Translations under genes and position numbers: made by a program
Part shown: positions 39,001 to 49,064 of the stretch, piece by piece
Layout of the letters: each line of letters opens with the position of its first letter
Position numbering within the stretch: the first letter of the stretch is position 1
Assembly: GCA_004764695.1 (NCBI GenBank)
Contig: SMSO01000031.1
Location: 5,308,436-5,372,435 of the forward strand
DNA from: Schizochytrium sp. TIO01
Taxonomy: Eukaryota; Protista; Bigyra: Labyrinthulomycetes
DNA: 64,000 nt
Direction: 5' to 3'
Notes under the pieces: model-generated
Databases searched by the model: none
The model's input: the letters and a program-made list of their open reading frames with translations, nothing else
What the model was told of the DNA's origin: nothing

Positions 39001-39401
39001 CAGATTGTCTTTCCCATAGTCCACGGTTTTCGATTCGAAGGAATCAATACAAGTTATTAGTTGAGCCTCATGATGGCCATCAAGCAGTCCCCCAGGAGCT
39101 TGAACCTATTGAACTTTATGACCTCTCTGCAGACCCAGCAGAACTTGTAAATATCATTGATTTTCACCGGGATGTTGTAACTTCAATGGTGCAATCACTG
39201 ATGGCCTACTTGCACTCAGGAAAATATGATCGCGCATATATGCCTTCGTTAAATCTTCGTTTAAAACGTCGGCAGCAGCTACTTCAGTGCAGGCAGCTCA
39301 TGACAAATTCCTCCTTTCTAGTCGGGCAGCCTTATGATCGGGTTATTTCCGGTAAAACAAATCGAAAGGACCTATACCGCTTCCCATTCATTTATGCCTA
39401 A
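36084..39401 (+). CDS. Type II membrane-anchored tandem sulfatase (degenerate S1 domain + intact S1 domain)
   Basis: First ATG at 36084, then a TM segment (ILTFLSGIVAIVLL). Domain 2 has MLADDLGYGD, CSPTRASILTGR (Cys codon 37974), GHFGKWHLG, LSDNGPE and RGGKRSLYEGGVRVP. Domain 1 shows the same motif order in degenerate form. Confidence 0.9.
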   Translation: MRYGYEEKGGALWHEPNLGHLRSAWCFCIPSLSRILTFLSGIVAIVLLHRLSGNENTERASFPFPAVEDLSIHFGHTSSQLPMFLTTPKEKNDIKGAALSMTSSTAPPGVILILLQDAGASDLAPEGNAAIPMNQTPPEYLTGFRVSSPDTLPSQIGWLTGRPADDFDVFQSPVPGHNPQASKLTGADTLLYHLKSENVRVGHFGTWSLPVSLKNITHAHLISSDPIQTVQAAQSFVQECIRAGKQFYAQVWLPQVDVAFETAPWAQELLNSVPGVKDNSPLCRDIRRRSNHPHRYISCPRMIHEASKMKERELVAGLLQAVFDAPTRIPYFAAVSSTNGPEVAEVYGHAAGMTTFRGRKRSLYDGGIRVPFLYWSNIRGQALPNLNRDELVGAVDWAPTCTALLGTKQFQRGVGADQRAFLLGNYPQAARPQPLVWEWKFPVIGHCLEESPAYAIMQDYRYKLLVEPNEFGDIQSPLRVELYRVHDELTKSGHYERSNMAILPAHAERIQTLMDALQKWHKKEYSDSSPRSYTHAGCAERLQRPFVAREKANADKIFKKVATQKPVRGIIVMLADDLGYGDVAAFDPSNGATKDWLSVDGNVFEPHTPVLDQLAREGLVLSDFYANAAVCSPTRASILTGRYPFNKHVAMHWQAATSAEQGLYFGNVPYLGAAMQNFSRNLHYMNTAFRDAGYVTGHFGKWHLGNLPETEPHSSPADPMYGIDEMKMYSTTHKSLPRENRYNHNDLYFSSHIQHDIVSRAISFLQDRVEKSQKFLLQLWFQNTHAPLNLAADGRQAHSLGLGFQKLPFPGRDMANECPNESFPNKLADPHLPLQIYRALVRDHDQQIGRLLQWIDKQGLRDDVLIVYLSDNGPENSGMYFASQGSAGPFRGGKRSLYEGGVRVPMIMRGPGIAPNSVLSTPTSTVDLFPTFVDFAHIVLNETVRSELDGMNVFHAPMNRSLFFEFRGWAHGADCLSHSPRFSIRRNQYKLLVEPHDGHQAVPQELEPIELYDLSADPAELVNIIDFHRDVVTSMVQSLMAYLHSGKYDRAYMPSLNLRLKRRQQLLQCRQLMTNSSFLVGQPYDRVISGKTNRKDLYRFPFIYA

Positions 39402-41399
39402 CTGAAGGTGCAATTTTCCGAAACTTTGCATACCAACTGGCCTAAGCAAGCCAGCTTTGTCAATTATATCTTATATGTCATGTCAAGTTTTCGTGAATTA
39501 CAGTTATATGCAGACTATTTGCTCAAGTGTTAGCATGGAACTACCAAGGTGATAAACATATTGTCTTCTCCCACTCTGCTGAGATCTCCTATCGAAGAAA
39601 CTATGGGACAAGGTATTGCTAGAGTTCTTGGCGTCCCTTTGTGAAACCCTCACTGACATAAGAGTTACAATAGAGCAAGAATAGGCAGTTAGATTTATGG
39701 GGCTGCCATAGGCAAGAGTTTAAAGTCTGATTACACATGACCTACATCCAAATATGGTGTAGCTCGAATCAATGGTTGAAGAGGTTAAGTTAACCTAACC
39801 CCATCGATTATCTCTAACACCTTTCAAGAATGTCTTAACCTCCTAAATTACTACACGAATCTATCTATCCTGGAATCCATTCTCCACGACAGCAGTTCGC
39901 GAACTCTTAAATCAACCTTCTTACAAAATCGTTTGCTCAAATGGGGCCCGATACCGTAAATAGTAGACAAAAAAGCTTTCATCCAGACCCTTGCCTTCAT
40001 CTTTACAGTCAACCTCAACACTCGCTACACGCTCTCGTGTTAATTTCTTTCAATATCTCAGCTCGAAAAACTTTAATGAATGACGAATTATATGCATAAA
40101 GTAAGGTAAAAAATCGATGACCCTGTCACCGCGGCTATAACCCTTCAGAAACTCTGTGATGTGTATCCTAATCTTTACTTCTTACCAAATTTAGAAGGCA
40201 AACACCATCCTGGATACCTTTCACCATCCTGGATACCTTTTTAAAAAAGATAAAAATCATTATTCTTATGCCGAAAGTCATCAAATCTCTATCAAACCTA
40301 ACGCAACCATTGTAATTATAACTAATTTATCTTTCATGCGCTACAACTTGTAAACTAGAATGTCATTGAGCAGGATTTTCAATCCTCATTTTGGTCAAAG
40401 GCTGCTTATTCTCTGTAAATTATATTGAATAGCTGATAGGTCTCTAGCACCATGCACTTTCCATAGATGAAGATTATTGTATTTCACTACTCTGCATTAT
40501 TTATTCATCGAGGGCATCGAGGGCATCTAGGTCACTATTTCTAAGGTTAATTAAAGACATTAGCTGTTACTAACCATAGACCAAAAATAGAATCTACCGC
40601 GTCTATCAACTCCGCAAAGATAATAACCAGGAATGGGAGGGCAAATAGAAACACGATATTGAAGCAATACTCGCCTATAAATTAAATTTAAATGAATTAA
40701 AAAAAATAAGAAAACTGAAACGCTCCCTTAGAAATACTTCCTCGACATGTCTTATTGCGTACGGTGCTACTCGCTCGGCTCTTGAAAAATGCTACTCTAG
40801 GAGCATATCTATCTTACAATTTCATCATGCACTTCGAGAAGCAAATACCCCAAGCCATAGAGTTTGTAACTTTAAGTAGCTCATTCTCTAACAAATATTG
40901 AAAATAAAAAAAAGGAAATCACTACGCAAGAATAATCATATACTAGTACTCACGATTCAAGGCGTAGAATGTTGGTTTTGCAGGGGAATGCAAATGGAAT
41001 GCTCAAGAAAATAAGAAAGTGGGGTGATCGCCACCAAGTTTAGAGTCAGAGAAAGGTTATAAAGAATTTGAAATGCATAAAGAAGTTTATGAAGAATCTA
41101 GCCAGCAGGGATCCTAATATCATTTCGCATCAGACGAGGCTGTCTCGAATTTCTCTAAATGTTTAATTTCATTAATAGGTTTTGGCGGGTAGTCTGGATA
41201 CAGGGCCGTGTACTTCAGATGTAACACGAATCACACGACTAATATAAGGCACGGAGCTATAGAGATGCAAAGCTTTGGGGTTGGACATGTGATTGGGTTT
41301 TGCGAGCGAACAAATCACCTATATAGGCGCGATAGAGAAAACGTGTCTCACTTGTCGCAAATCCCCAGCTCCACGGAGTGAGAGAATTCCTTGTTGTCT

Positions 41400-43271
41400 T
41401 TAGATCAGCAAGCCGATATAACAAGGCGAGGAGTGGGTCTGAATATTTTGTAAGAGCTGGGGCTTGAGAATACTATCACCAGGCCCACGCGGTAGTTTCC
41501 AGAGTCGAAGAGCATGATCATCCCCAACACTAGCAAGAGCAATAGTTCCATCGGCAACACGAACAGGAGAAAGGCCAGCCACCATGGTGGCATGAGCCTC
41601 TCGAGATTTGTCAGACTCCCATTTAGAGCTTGACGCACGGTGAAGTCGAAGCTTCCTTTCACTTGCTTGATAATCGTGGGCTGCACCTGATGGATCCTGC
41701 AGAGGCGTAGCGCCAAAGCTCGTGCAATCACCAATAGCCTTCCACATGCGAGGGTCCCAAATACGAATCCATCCGCCGAGGTTGTCAGAATTTGCGTTGA
41801 ACGAGTCCAGAGGGACCCCTCCTCCTGCTGCAAGCCAAGGTAAGCCGCCGGGTACATCATCCATGGGCCCCCAACAAACCGTGAGAACAGCCGCTCCTGT
41901 TGACAGACGAGCGACCTTACCATCCGAATTACTGCTCCGTGGATCAATAACGTAAACCATTTCGTCATCTCCACCAGTTGCAAAGCACGCACTTGAGGGT
42001 GGTGGTGCTACTTGCTGTCTTTGCTGCGAGAATGCCCCCTCTGAGCAAGTCGCATGAGCTACTGACTGGAATCCATTGACTGCTTGCTGACCAGAACTTG
42101 ACCAGGAACAGCAGCGAACAGCATAAGAGTGGCTCTCAAATTCACGAATGCACCCCGCATCAGGACGGTGAAGATCCCATAAACACGACTTCCAGTCACC
42201 GCCACCGGAAAGCAGCGTCCCACTACCGATTTCAACCTCGCAACACGTAACAAAGTCGGTATGATGCTCTAAAGTTGCTTCTTGATTAAAATTCCAGGAC
42301 AAAGACCCGTGTTTTAACGGAACCAAACTCTCTGCCTTCCACACTTTGAGTGAACGGTCGCGGGAACCGCTCACAATAATTGGTCGTGTTGTCTCACCTA
42401 ACACAGAAGCACTGTGGGGCCAGGTACTGAGACATGTAATGCCCTCAGAATGAGCATAGCGCAAGTCTGCATTGACCTGAATACTTTGTAGAGTTGGTCC
42501 GCTGGCGTGTCCATATGCGTACATGGACAGCGAACCTGATGATCCACCTGTGACTACATACTGGCTATCAAAGTTGCGAAATGGGTCATCGCTTGGTAAA
42601 CGAAGCATTGATGCACAGGTAAATGTTGCGGAGTTGTCCATCTTGGTACGTCGACAGGATTGGAAAAAACCGCTTGCATTTGCTTCAAATAAATCTAACT
42701 CATTCGATTGACTGTGGTGGCTAATACGAGAACCAACAAGGAGCGTTGACGGTGGGGCTAATGTATAGGACGCACCCTGGACGGCTTTAGCTTGCACAGG
42801 TGCTGATGCTGGTACAGGAGCAGTCAAAGGCACTGCTGGTGGGTCCACAACTTGGGCGGAGACTTGCGCTGAGCTTGGCTTAGCAGCAATATCGGCAGCA
42901 GCAATCTCCTCTTCCGTACGAAGGTCAATAAGTGGAGGTGATCCAGGACGCGCTTCCCCTGAACGGAATCGATTAACAATCTCAGCGATCTCGTCCTTGG
43001 TAGTCATTTGGGCTTCAACTTCTGGGTGAAGTGTCACATAGTCCGCAATAGATTTACGTAGATTGTGATTTGCAAATAGGATGCGACTTGGAAGTGGGAA
43101 ACCGGTCATTGGCGAGGTCACTTCAGCATCGCGGCAGCTGCGAAACCATTCTTCCATTGCAGCGCGTTCGTAAGTATGACCATCAGCAGCTACAACAGGG
43201 TCTCGCATCACTGTCTGCAGAATGGGACACGTCCAATTCTCAAGGTCTGCAGCATTCCTACTTTGCTGCAT
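41400..43271 (-). CDS. U-box + WD40-repeat putative E3 ubiquitin ligase
   Basis: U-box CPILQTVMRDPVVAADGHTYERAAMEEWF...SPMTG...NHNLRKSI, then a Pro/Ala linker, then WD40 repeats (IVSGSRDRSLKVW, LLSGGGDWKSCLWD, FATGGDD, LASVGDDHALRLW). Confidence 0.9.
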   Translation of the reverse strand: MQQSRNAADLENWTCPILQTVMRDPVVAADGHTYERAAMEEWFRSCRDAEVTSPMTGFPLPSRILFANHNLRKSIADYVTLHPEVEAQMTTKDEIAEIVNRFRSGEARPGSPPLIDLRTEEEIAAADIAAKPSSAQVSAQVVDPPAVPLTAPVPASAPVQAKAVQGASYTLAPPSTLLVGSRISHHSQSNELDLFEANASGFFQSCRRTKMDNSATFTCASMLRLPSDDPFRNFDSQYVVTGGSSGSLSMYAYGHASGPTLQSIQVNADLRYAHSEGITCLSTWPHSASVLGETTRPIIVSGSRDRSLKVWKAESLVPLKHGSLSWNFNQEATLEHHTDFVTCCEVEIGSGTLLSGGGDWKSCLWDLHRPDAGCIREFESHSYAVRCCSWSSSGQQAVNGFQSVAHATCSEGAFSQQRQQVAPPPSSACFATGGDDEMVYVIDPRSSNSDGKVARLSTGAAVLTVCWGPMDDVPGGLPWLAAGGGVPLDSFNANSDNLGGWIRIWDPRMWKAIGDCTSFGATPLQDPSGAAHDYQASERKLRLHRASSSKWESDKSREAHATMVAGLSPVRVADGTIALASVGDDHALRLWKLPRGPGDSILKPQLLQNIQTHSSPCYIGLLI

Positions 43272-44303
43272 TGTTTCAGAAACTCCGTTTGGATCCTATC
43301 AAAGTGTGCTCTCGCAACTTGTGCGCTGCGAAAGCTGCGTTTCAGAAGCCCGCAAGTAAACTTCAGAGCTCTAATCAACAGTGATTACGGTCGAGGAAGG
43401 AAGCGAACTCCCAACTCCGCACACGAGCTCGGTCAGCAACAACCTAAGCCAAACGAGAGACCTCCTTTCAAGAATCCAACGCTACAAACGCGTCAGGTAA
43501 CCCTTCTCAACACACGCAAGTTGACCACGAGAGAGTTCGCAGTAAAGTCGAGAGAAACAGATCTGAGAGAGAAATATGATTGTGCAGAAGAGTTGTCCCT
43601 TAGAAAGATTCCCTGTGTTCCCATCTATGTGTGTCCTGACACGGACTCATTTTCCCAAATGTGTGTCATGATACAGACTCATTCTGTGTTTTGTTGAGCT
43701 TCTCTGCACATCTGAGGTAACGGCGCCGTTAAGACACCATGAAGCCTTTATCCTGGGTTTGTTTGAAGCTGTGTTTACGGGGTTGTGGAGTATTCATAGC
43801 TAAGCTAAGCTTTGCATATTTAATTTTGGATGTAGAAGTAGAACTATGGATGTATATAAATCTATAAGATCAAAATGTAGCAAATCTGTTGTATTTGTCC
43901 TGCCTTGAAATTCAGAATTGTACGTTGACAACTGTGACTCCATTTAAGTAGGGGAAATGAATGCAGATTGGATGCAGAGTGATCATCTTTACTTTTCACT
44001 TTAGGCTTAACAGATTCGTACCAAGTTGAGCAACGCAGATTTTAATCTTTCGGGTGAGATAATGAAAATTAGGAGTATTTAAAAAATTGTTTTAGAATGC
44101 TTAGGCATACTAGGAATAGTATTTTCCACCACGAGCTCTCCAAAACCCAATCGAAAAGCTTTCTGGCCGCCTGCTCAATTCTTAAAAAGGAGAGCCTAGC
44201 GAGTTAGAGAGACCTGGAACGGAGGCATTCAGAAGAGAACCAGTTGTCTCTTTTCCTGCGAGGAGTGTGAAGAGAGTTTTTGCCAACTCATCGCTCGTGC
44301 TTC

Positions 44304-46013
44304 ATGGAGGTGGACGCCAACGAAGTGCTGCGCGTTGTGCTGCAATTTTTGCAGGAAAGCGGACTCGAAAAGACAGCATTGGCTCTCGAAGAAGAAGCCA
44401 ATGTGCAGCTGAATGTGGTGAACGACCTCTCCAAAATCGAGGCTCTAATTCTGGGGAAGGACTGGTCCAGTACGTTCCAAAGTCTCAAGCGATGCCAGCT
44501 GCCTCCAGATGTGATGTGGAAACTCTACGAGGAGACGCTTGGAGACCTTGTAGATCAGGGCCAAGAATTAGCTGCTAAAGAAATCTTACGAGAAAGTGAA
44601 GACTTGGCTGCACTAAAACGAGAAGACGGATTGCGATTTGATGAACTCCAGGATCTGGTGTATCAAGCACACAGCGCTCCTCGCAGACGAAGACAACAGC
44701 TCAGCGAGAAAGACCTTGAAAAGGGCCGCGGCAGACTTGCAAAGAGCGTTTGCGCGTGCCTCACAGAGGCTGGGCCTTCACAGCTCTTGCAGCTTATGAG
44801 CGAGGCTCTTGCTTTTCGCGGCGAGCTTCATATAGGTTCTGACGAGGATGAAAAATCGAGGAAGAGAAAGCGACGAACTCCGTCTTTGTTCTCTAACTCT
44901 AAGGAGACGCTTGCCTCGCAACTTAAACGCGCACGAAAACGTGGTTTGATTAAGGAAAATGGTCCAGACGAGGAAGGTGGCGCTGGAAAGAAAATACTGA
45001 ATGCGTATGCAGAGATCAATATGGGCCCGGAGGTTACAGTAAACACAGCATGTATCACCTGGGACGGACACAGTGCTATTACTGGCACAGCAGATGGCTT
45101 TATTGAGGTTTGGAACCTCTCCAATGGTGCATTACGTAAGGATTTGATTTACCAGCAAGAAGATAATATCATGATGCACAAAAAGGCAATTCTTGGTCTT
45201 TGTGCAAGCCGAGACGGGCAGCGTCTTGCGAGTACGTCAATCGACGGTACCGTGTCAATATGGGATATTGTCAAAGGCAAGCGTCTGGAAAGGATTAAGC
45301 GTGCCCATGGGAGTAAAGTTCCAGTACATTGCGTAGAATTTTCTTCGTGTGGTTCCCGTATAGCCACTGGGGGAGGCGATTATACAGTTCGTGTTTTCAG
45401 TGCAGAAACCAGCAACCTTGTTCAAACATTGCGCGGTCCGCAAGCACAGGTCAATGCAGTGTGCTTCGTAAGTGGTACAAAGTATGTCGCAAGCGGATCG
45501 AGTGACCACAAGATCTTTGTGTGGGATGTTCGGTCTGCTCAGGTGGTTATTGAGTTCAGCCTTGATGGCCCAGTTCTAGGTCTTATTGCTTCAGAATGGG
45601 AAGGGCGGACAGTTCTTCTGGCTACGACGCGCTCATCAAAGCTCTCCCTTGTGGTCGGTGCTAGCACAGACCAAAATCAGAGAGATGATCAGATGAAGTT
45701 TCAGCGGATTGACTTGCCGTGCCCAAATGAACGTACACAATTTATCTCAGGTGGTTTTGCGCAAGATATGCCATCCACGATCTGTGCCGTGGCTGAAGAT
45801 GGGCATATTTATTTCTTTAAAGTAGAAAAACCGCGTCCTGATTTTGATTTCGGCACTGCAAGTATTGCAGATATCCGCTCTAGCATTGCCGCTGCAGGAT
45901 CTACGGCCATTGAAGGAGAAGCTTTAGGACTAGCACATTCACCTTTTGGGTTGCGTGCTCGCGTGGCAGTTCTGCTTGGTGGGGGTAAGGTAAAACTCTT
46001 ACGAGGAAATTAA
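44304..46013 (+). CDS. SMU1: WD40 spliceosomal protein SMU1
   Basis: LisH/CTLH N-terminus (EVDANEVLRVVLQFLQESGLEKTALALEEEANVQLNVV) and the SMU1-type segment ITGTADGFIEVWNLSNGALRKDLIYQQEDNIMM, followed by WD40 repeats. First ATG is at 44304. Confidence 0.9.
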   Translation: MEVDANEVLRVVLQFLQESGLEKTALALEEEANVQLNVVNDLSKIEALILGKDWSSTFQSLKRCQLPPDVMWKLYEETLGDLVDQGQELAAKEILRESEDLAALKREDGLRFDELQDLVYQAHSAPRRRRQQLSEKDLEKGRGRLAKSVCACLTEAGPSQLLQLMSEALAFRGELHIGSDEDEKSRKRKRRTPSLFSNSKETLASQLKRARKRGLIKENGPDEEGGAGKKILNAYAEINMGPEVTVNTACITWDGHSAITGTADGFIEVWNLSNGALRKDLIYQQEDNIMMHKKAILGLCASRDGQRLASTSIDGTVSIWDIVKGKRLERIKRAHGSKVPVHCVEFSSCGSRIATGGGDYTVRVFSAETSNLVQTLRGPQAQVNAVCFVSGTKYVASGSSDHKIFVWDVRSAQVVIEFSLDGPVLGLIASEWEGRTVLLATTRSSKLSLVVGASTDQNQRDDQMKFQRIDLPCPNERTQFISGGFAQDMPSTICAVAEDGHIYFFKVEKPRPDFDFGTASIADIRSSIAAAGSTAIEGEALGLAHSPFGLRARVAVLLGGGKVKLLRGN

Positions 46014-47184
46014 GTTACTAATAGCAAAGCTTCGCTCTCAAAAATTCACATTTATTCGCCTGACTAGCTCTTAGCTGGGCTGCTCGCCACAAATGCGTAC
46101 CTAGTTATTTCCCCATTTTGCTTTGCTGCGTCTTTTGCTCAATATTCACTACACATTTACTCACCACATAGACAAGAAGGCCTATGTATAGCATAATCGA
46201 TAGAAACTCTTTTCTTCCAAATCCGCTCTATAAAAAACAAAACGTTGACAATATTTAGCATAACATGCCGGTTCTTCTCTAGCTAGTTGCCACCTAAGGT
46301 ATTAGCACTCCGTTACGTTGACTTGCTCACTTCTTTCTGCCTTTTGGCCAGTCTATAGACTGTAAAGTCGCCAAGTTCCGGTGGTGTCATTCTGCACCTT
46401 AAAGTGAGACCAAGTCGTCCAGACTTACACAAATCCTGCGCACAAGATTGGTGATCTCCTGCTTCATATCATATCACTCTTCAAGCGGCCAAAGCTGCGC
46501 TAAATTGGGCCTCTCAGTCGCGCAGTCCCCAATTTTCACGAGCAAGAAGAGGCCCATCCGATTAAACGGTTTGCTAAAATTAGCACCTTAAAGTAACTGC
46601 TATAAGCATCCTAAGCAATATGTGGCATTAAGGTGGGGTGCGCAACGGACGTCGAGCTCCTCAATCATTCTACAAAACGCTGCAGACTCTGATTGACAAG
46701 GTACGAGAGTTTTCGGTGTAGCGAAGGCGGGCTTTGTGGCTCTTCTGGAGCGCTGTCCGTGATGCATTGTAGGCTTGGGCTCCATGGCGTGAGCATTGCA
46801 GGCGCGACGTTGGTAGCTTCGGCCACAGTGCAGAGGAGGTACAGTAGAGGTGCCGGCTCATTGGCTTTGGTTCATTAGCTCTTTATGTCTCTCTTTCTTT
46901 TGCTATGTGTACTTACTTCAAAGAACCTGTCGAAAGTGGGAGCTGCAACTGGAGTGTTGGCCAAGTTTTGGGCCTGCTTGCGACGACGAAGAACTCCACC
47001 AGAAGTACTTCTAAATAGAATTTAAACGTGGAAACTAACATGGATGATTCGACTAACCCTGATGATTTGACAAAATGACATTGGAACTTCCACAGGTCTT
47101 TGTAAAAAGAGGTACCTTTAAACAGCCACGGCTCCCTGCACCTGAACTTTAGAGCAGTCTTTAGCTCCTAAACAGAAGAAGACG

Positions 47185-47841
47185 ATGAGCCGTATGCAGC
47201 GAAAGAACAAAAAATACACTGAGGGCCGCCCTGGCCTCAGTGAGGACGAGATTGAGGAGATCCGTGAAGCTTTTAACTTGTTCGATACAGATGGCTCCGG
47301 TACTATTGACCCCAAGGAGCTCAAGGCTGCCATGCAATCTCTCGGCTTTGAGGCTAAGAACCAGACCATCTATCAGATGATTGGTGACATTGACAAGGAC
47401 GGCAGTGGCTCTATTGACTTTGAAGAGTTCCTCGATATGATGACCGGTAAGTTGTCCCATGTTTCTTACTGTTTTTTAATTTATTGCACAGAGAGGAAAA
47501 TGCAAAGGTTAGTATCTTAATGTTTTGTGGCGCGATTGACTGACCAGATCTGTGTTGCATGATCCTTTTTTTTTTTTTTTCTGTTCTGCGATATTAATTC
47601 TGTAGCTAAAATGAGCGATAAGGATTCCCGTGAAGATATCATGAAGGTGTTTAACCTCTTTGATGATGACAACACGGGGAAAATCTCGCACCGCAACTTG
47701 AAGCGTGTGGCACATGAGCTCGGAGAGACTATGACTGATGCTGAGCTGTTGGAGATGATCGAGCGTGCTGATACCGACAACGATGGTGAGATTAACTTCG
47801 AAGAGTTTTACAGCATCATGGTGAAGAAGCAATTTGCGTAA
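47185..47841 (+). CDS. CETN: Centrin (165 aa, 4 EF-hands); exons 47185-47446 and 47606-47841
   Basis: Joining G|GTAAGT (47447) to TGTAG|CT (47605) restores [18 protein letters not shown]. The spliced length is 498 nt, in frame. EF loops are [27 protein letters not shown] and DTDNDGEIN. Confidence 0.96.
47447..47605 (+). other. Spliceosomal GT-AG intron (159 nt, phase 1) of centrin
   Basis: GTAAGT donor, long poly-T tract and TAG acceptor; removing it restores the conserved protein. It is the only coding-region intron evident in the window. Confidence 0.93.
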
Positions 47842-49064
47842 ATACTCTCCTTCTGCCAGTTAGCTACCTAGCCTGGGAGGTTGGTTCGTTTATTTTTTTT
47901 TGCAAACTGCAATCGCCGGCGCGGCAGCGGCTGCCTGTCCTTATCTCTTCTCCTTTCCACCTTTCTCACATCATCCCTTCCCTTTATATCTGATACAGTA
48001 ATCACACAAAACTTCTCTCTTTGTTGCCTTGTCCACTTAAATGTGATTGTTTTTCTTTGCTTGTAGCCATAAATTATGTGCAGGTTGGTCCTGTTCGTGT
48101 GAAGCAGCACTTGTGTCATGTAAGTAAGGTTGTCAATATGACTCTCTTGCATAGTCAAATTATTGGTGTCATTGTCATGAGGGTATTGTGCATATTTGCT
48201 TAGACAATTGTTTTGCACAATATTAGTCACAGATTGTTCAACCACATGCTCTTAGGTAACCTGACCGACCTCGTTTTTTGTTTTGTACAATCATCCTTTA
48301 GACTTGAAATGGGTTTTGATTTTGCCTTCATGTTAAAAACGACCACCAAAATGCACTTATGATTTATTGCGTGAATGAGTGCAGCACAGCACAGGCGCAA
48401 CAACATTTTCGGTCTCATCCTTTCGTCAAATGCGACGTTTTTCCAATGCAAGTAAGAAGTCTTCATCTGATTCCAACATTAGATTTAGCACTGTTTATGC
48501 ACATCCTAACACTTCTGGCAAAAGAGAAAAAAATGAACCCTTAGTAAAAAAATTAAAAAAATTGAAGTCATGATGATCTAAACGTGCATAGGAAAATAAA
48601 TTTATTGATTTAACATGAGGAGCTGATCGACTAGATCTCTTTTTTGAGCGGTCAGATCCCCTCCGCCGCACTCATCTCTAAGCTAGCACCATCTCCACCA
48701 TCCCGCACATTCATGCTGCCCTTCCTCCTCATGCCTGATTCTGTCCGGGCCATGTCGGCGGTTGGGCCAGCTGTCACTCTTTGTTTCCAAGAATAACCGA
48801 GGAGCCCATAGTAGGCTATAGAGGAGCCATAAAATGGAGAATGGGATTGGATACAGTGGAACAAATACTTAGAAAGTAGAGAAATAACGACGGTAAGTGG
48901 AGCAAATGGCCAGATCAGAGAACACTCGATCGAACATCGGTAATGATTTGATCGCTTGACGGACGAACGATTTGGCAATCAAATCCGCAGCGAAGCAACA
49001 CCGGGCGGCTCAAGAAAACTCGGATTGGGGTTGGGCACGAGATTAAGAGGGTTCGTAAGTCAAG

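Noticed and set aside
39791-39800. TAACCTAACC as a telomerase RNA template for TTAGG repeats
   Set aside because: A 10-mer of this kind is expected by chance in 64 kb of AT-rich DNA, and I could not recognise supporting structure, promoter or terminator.
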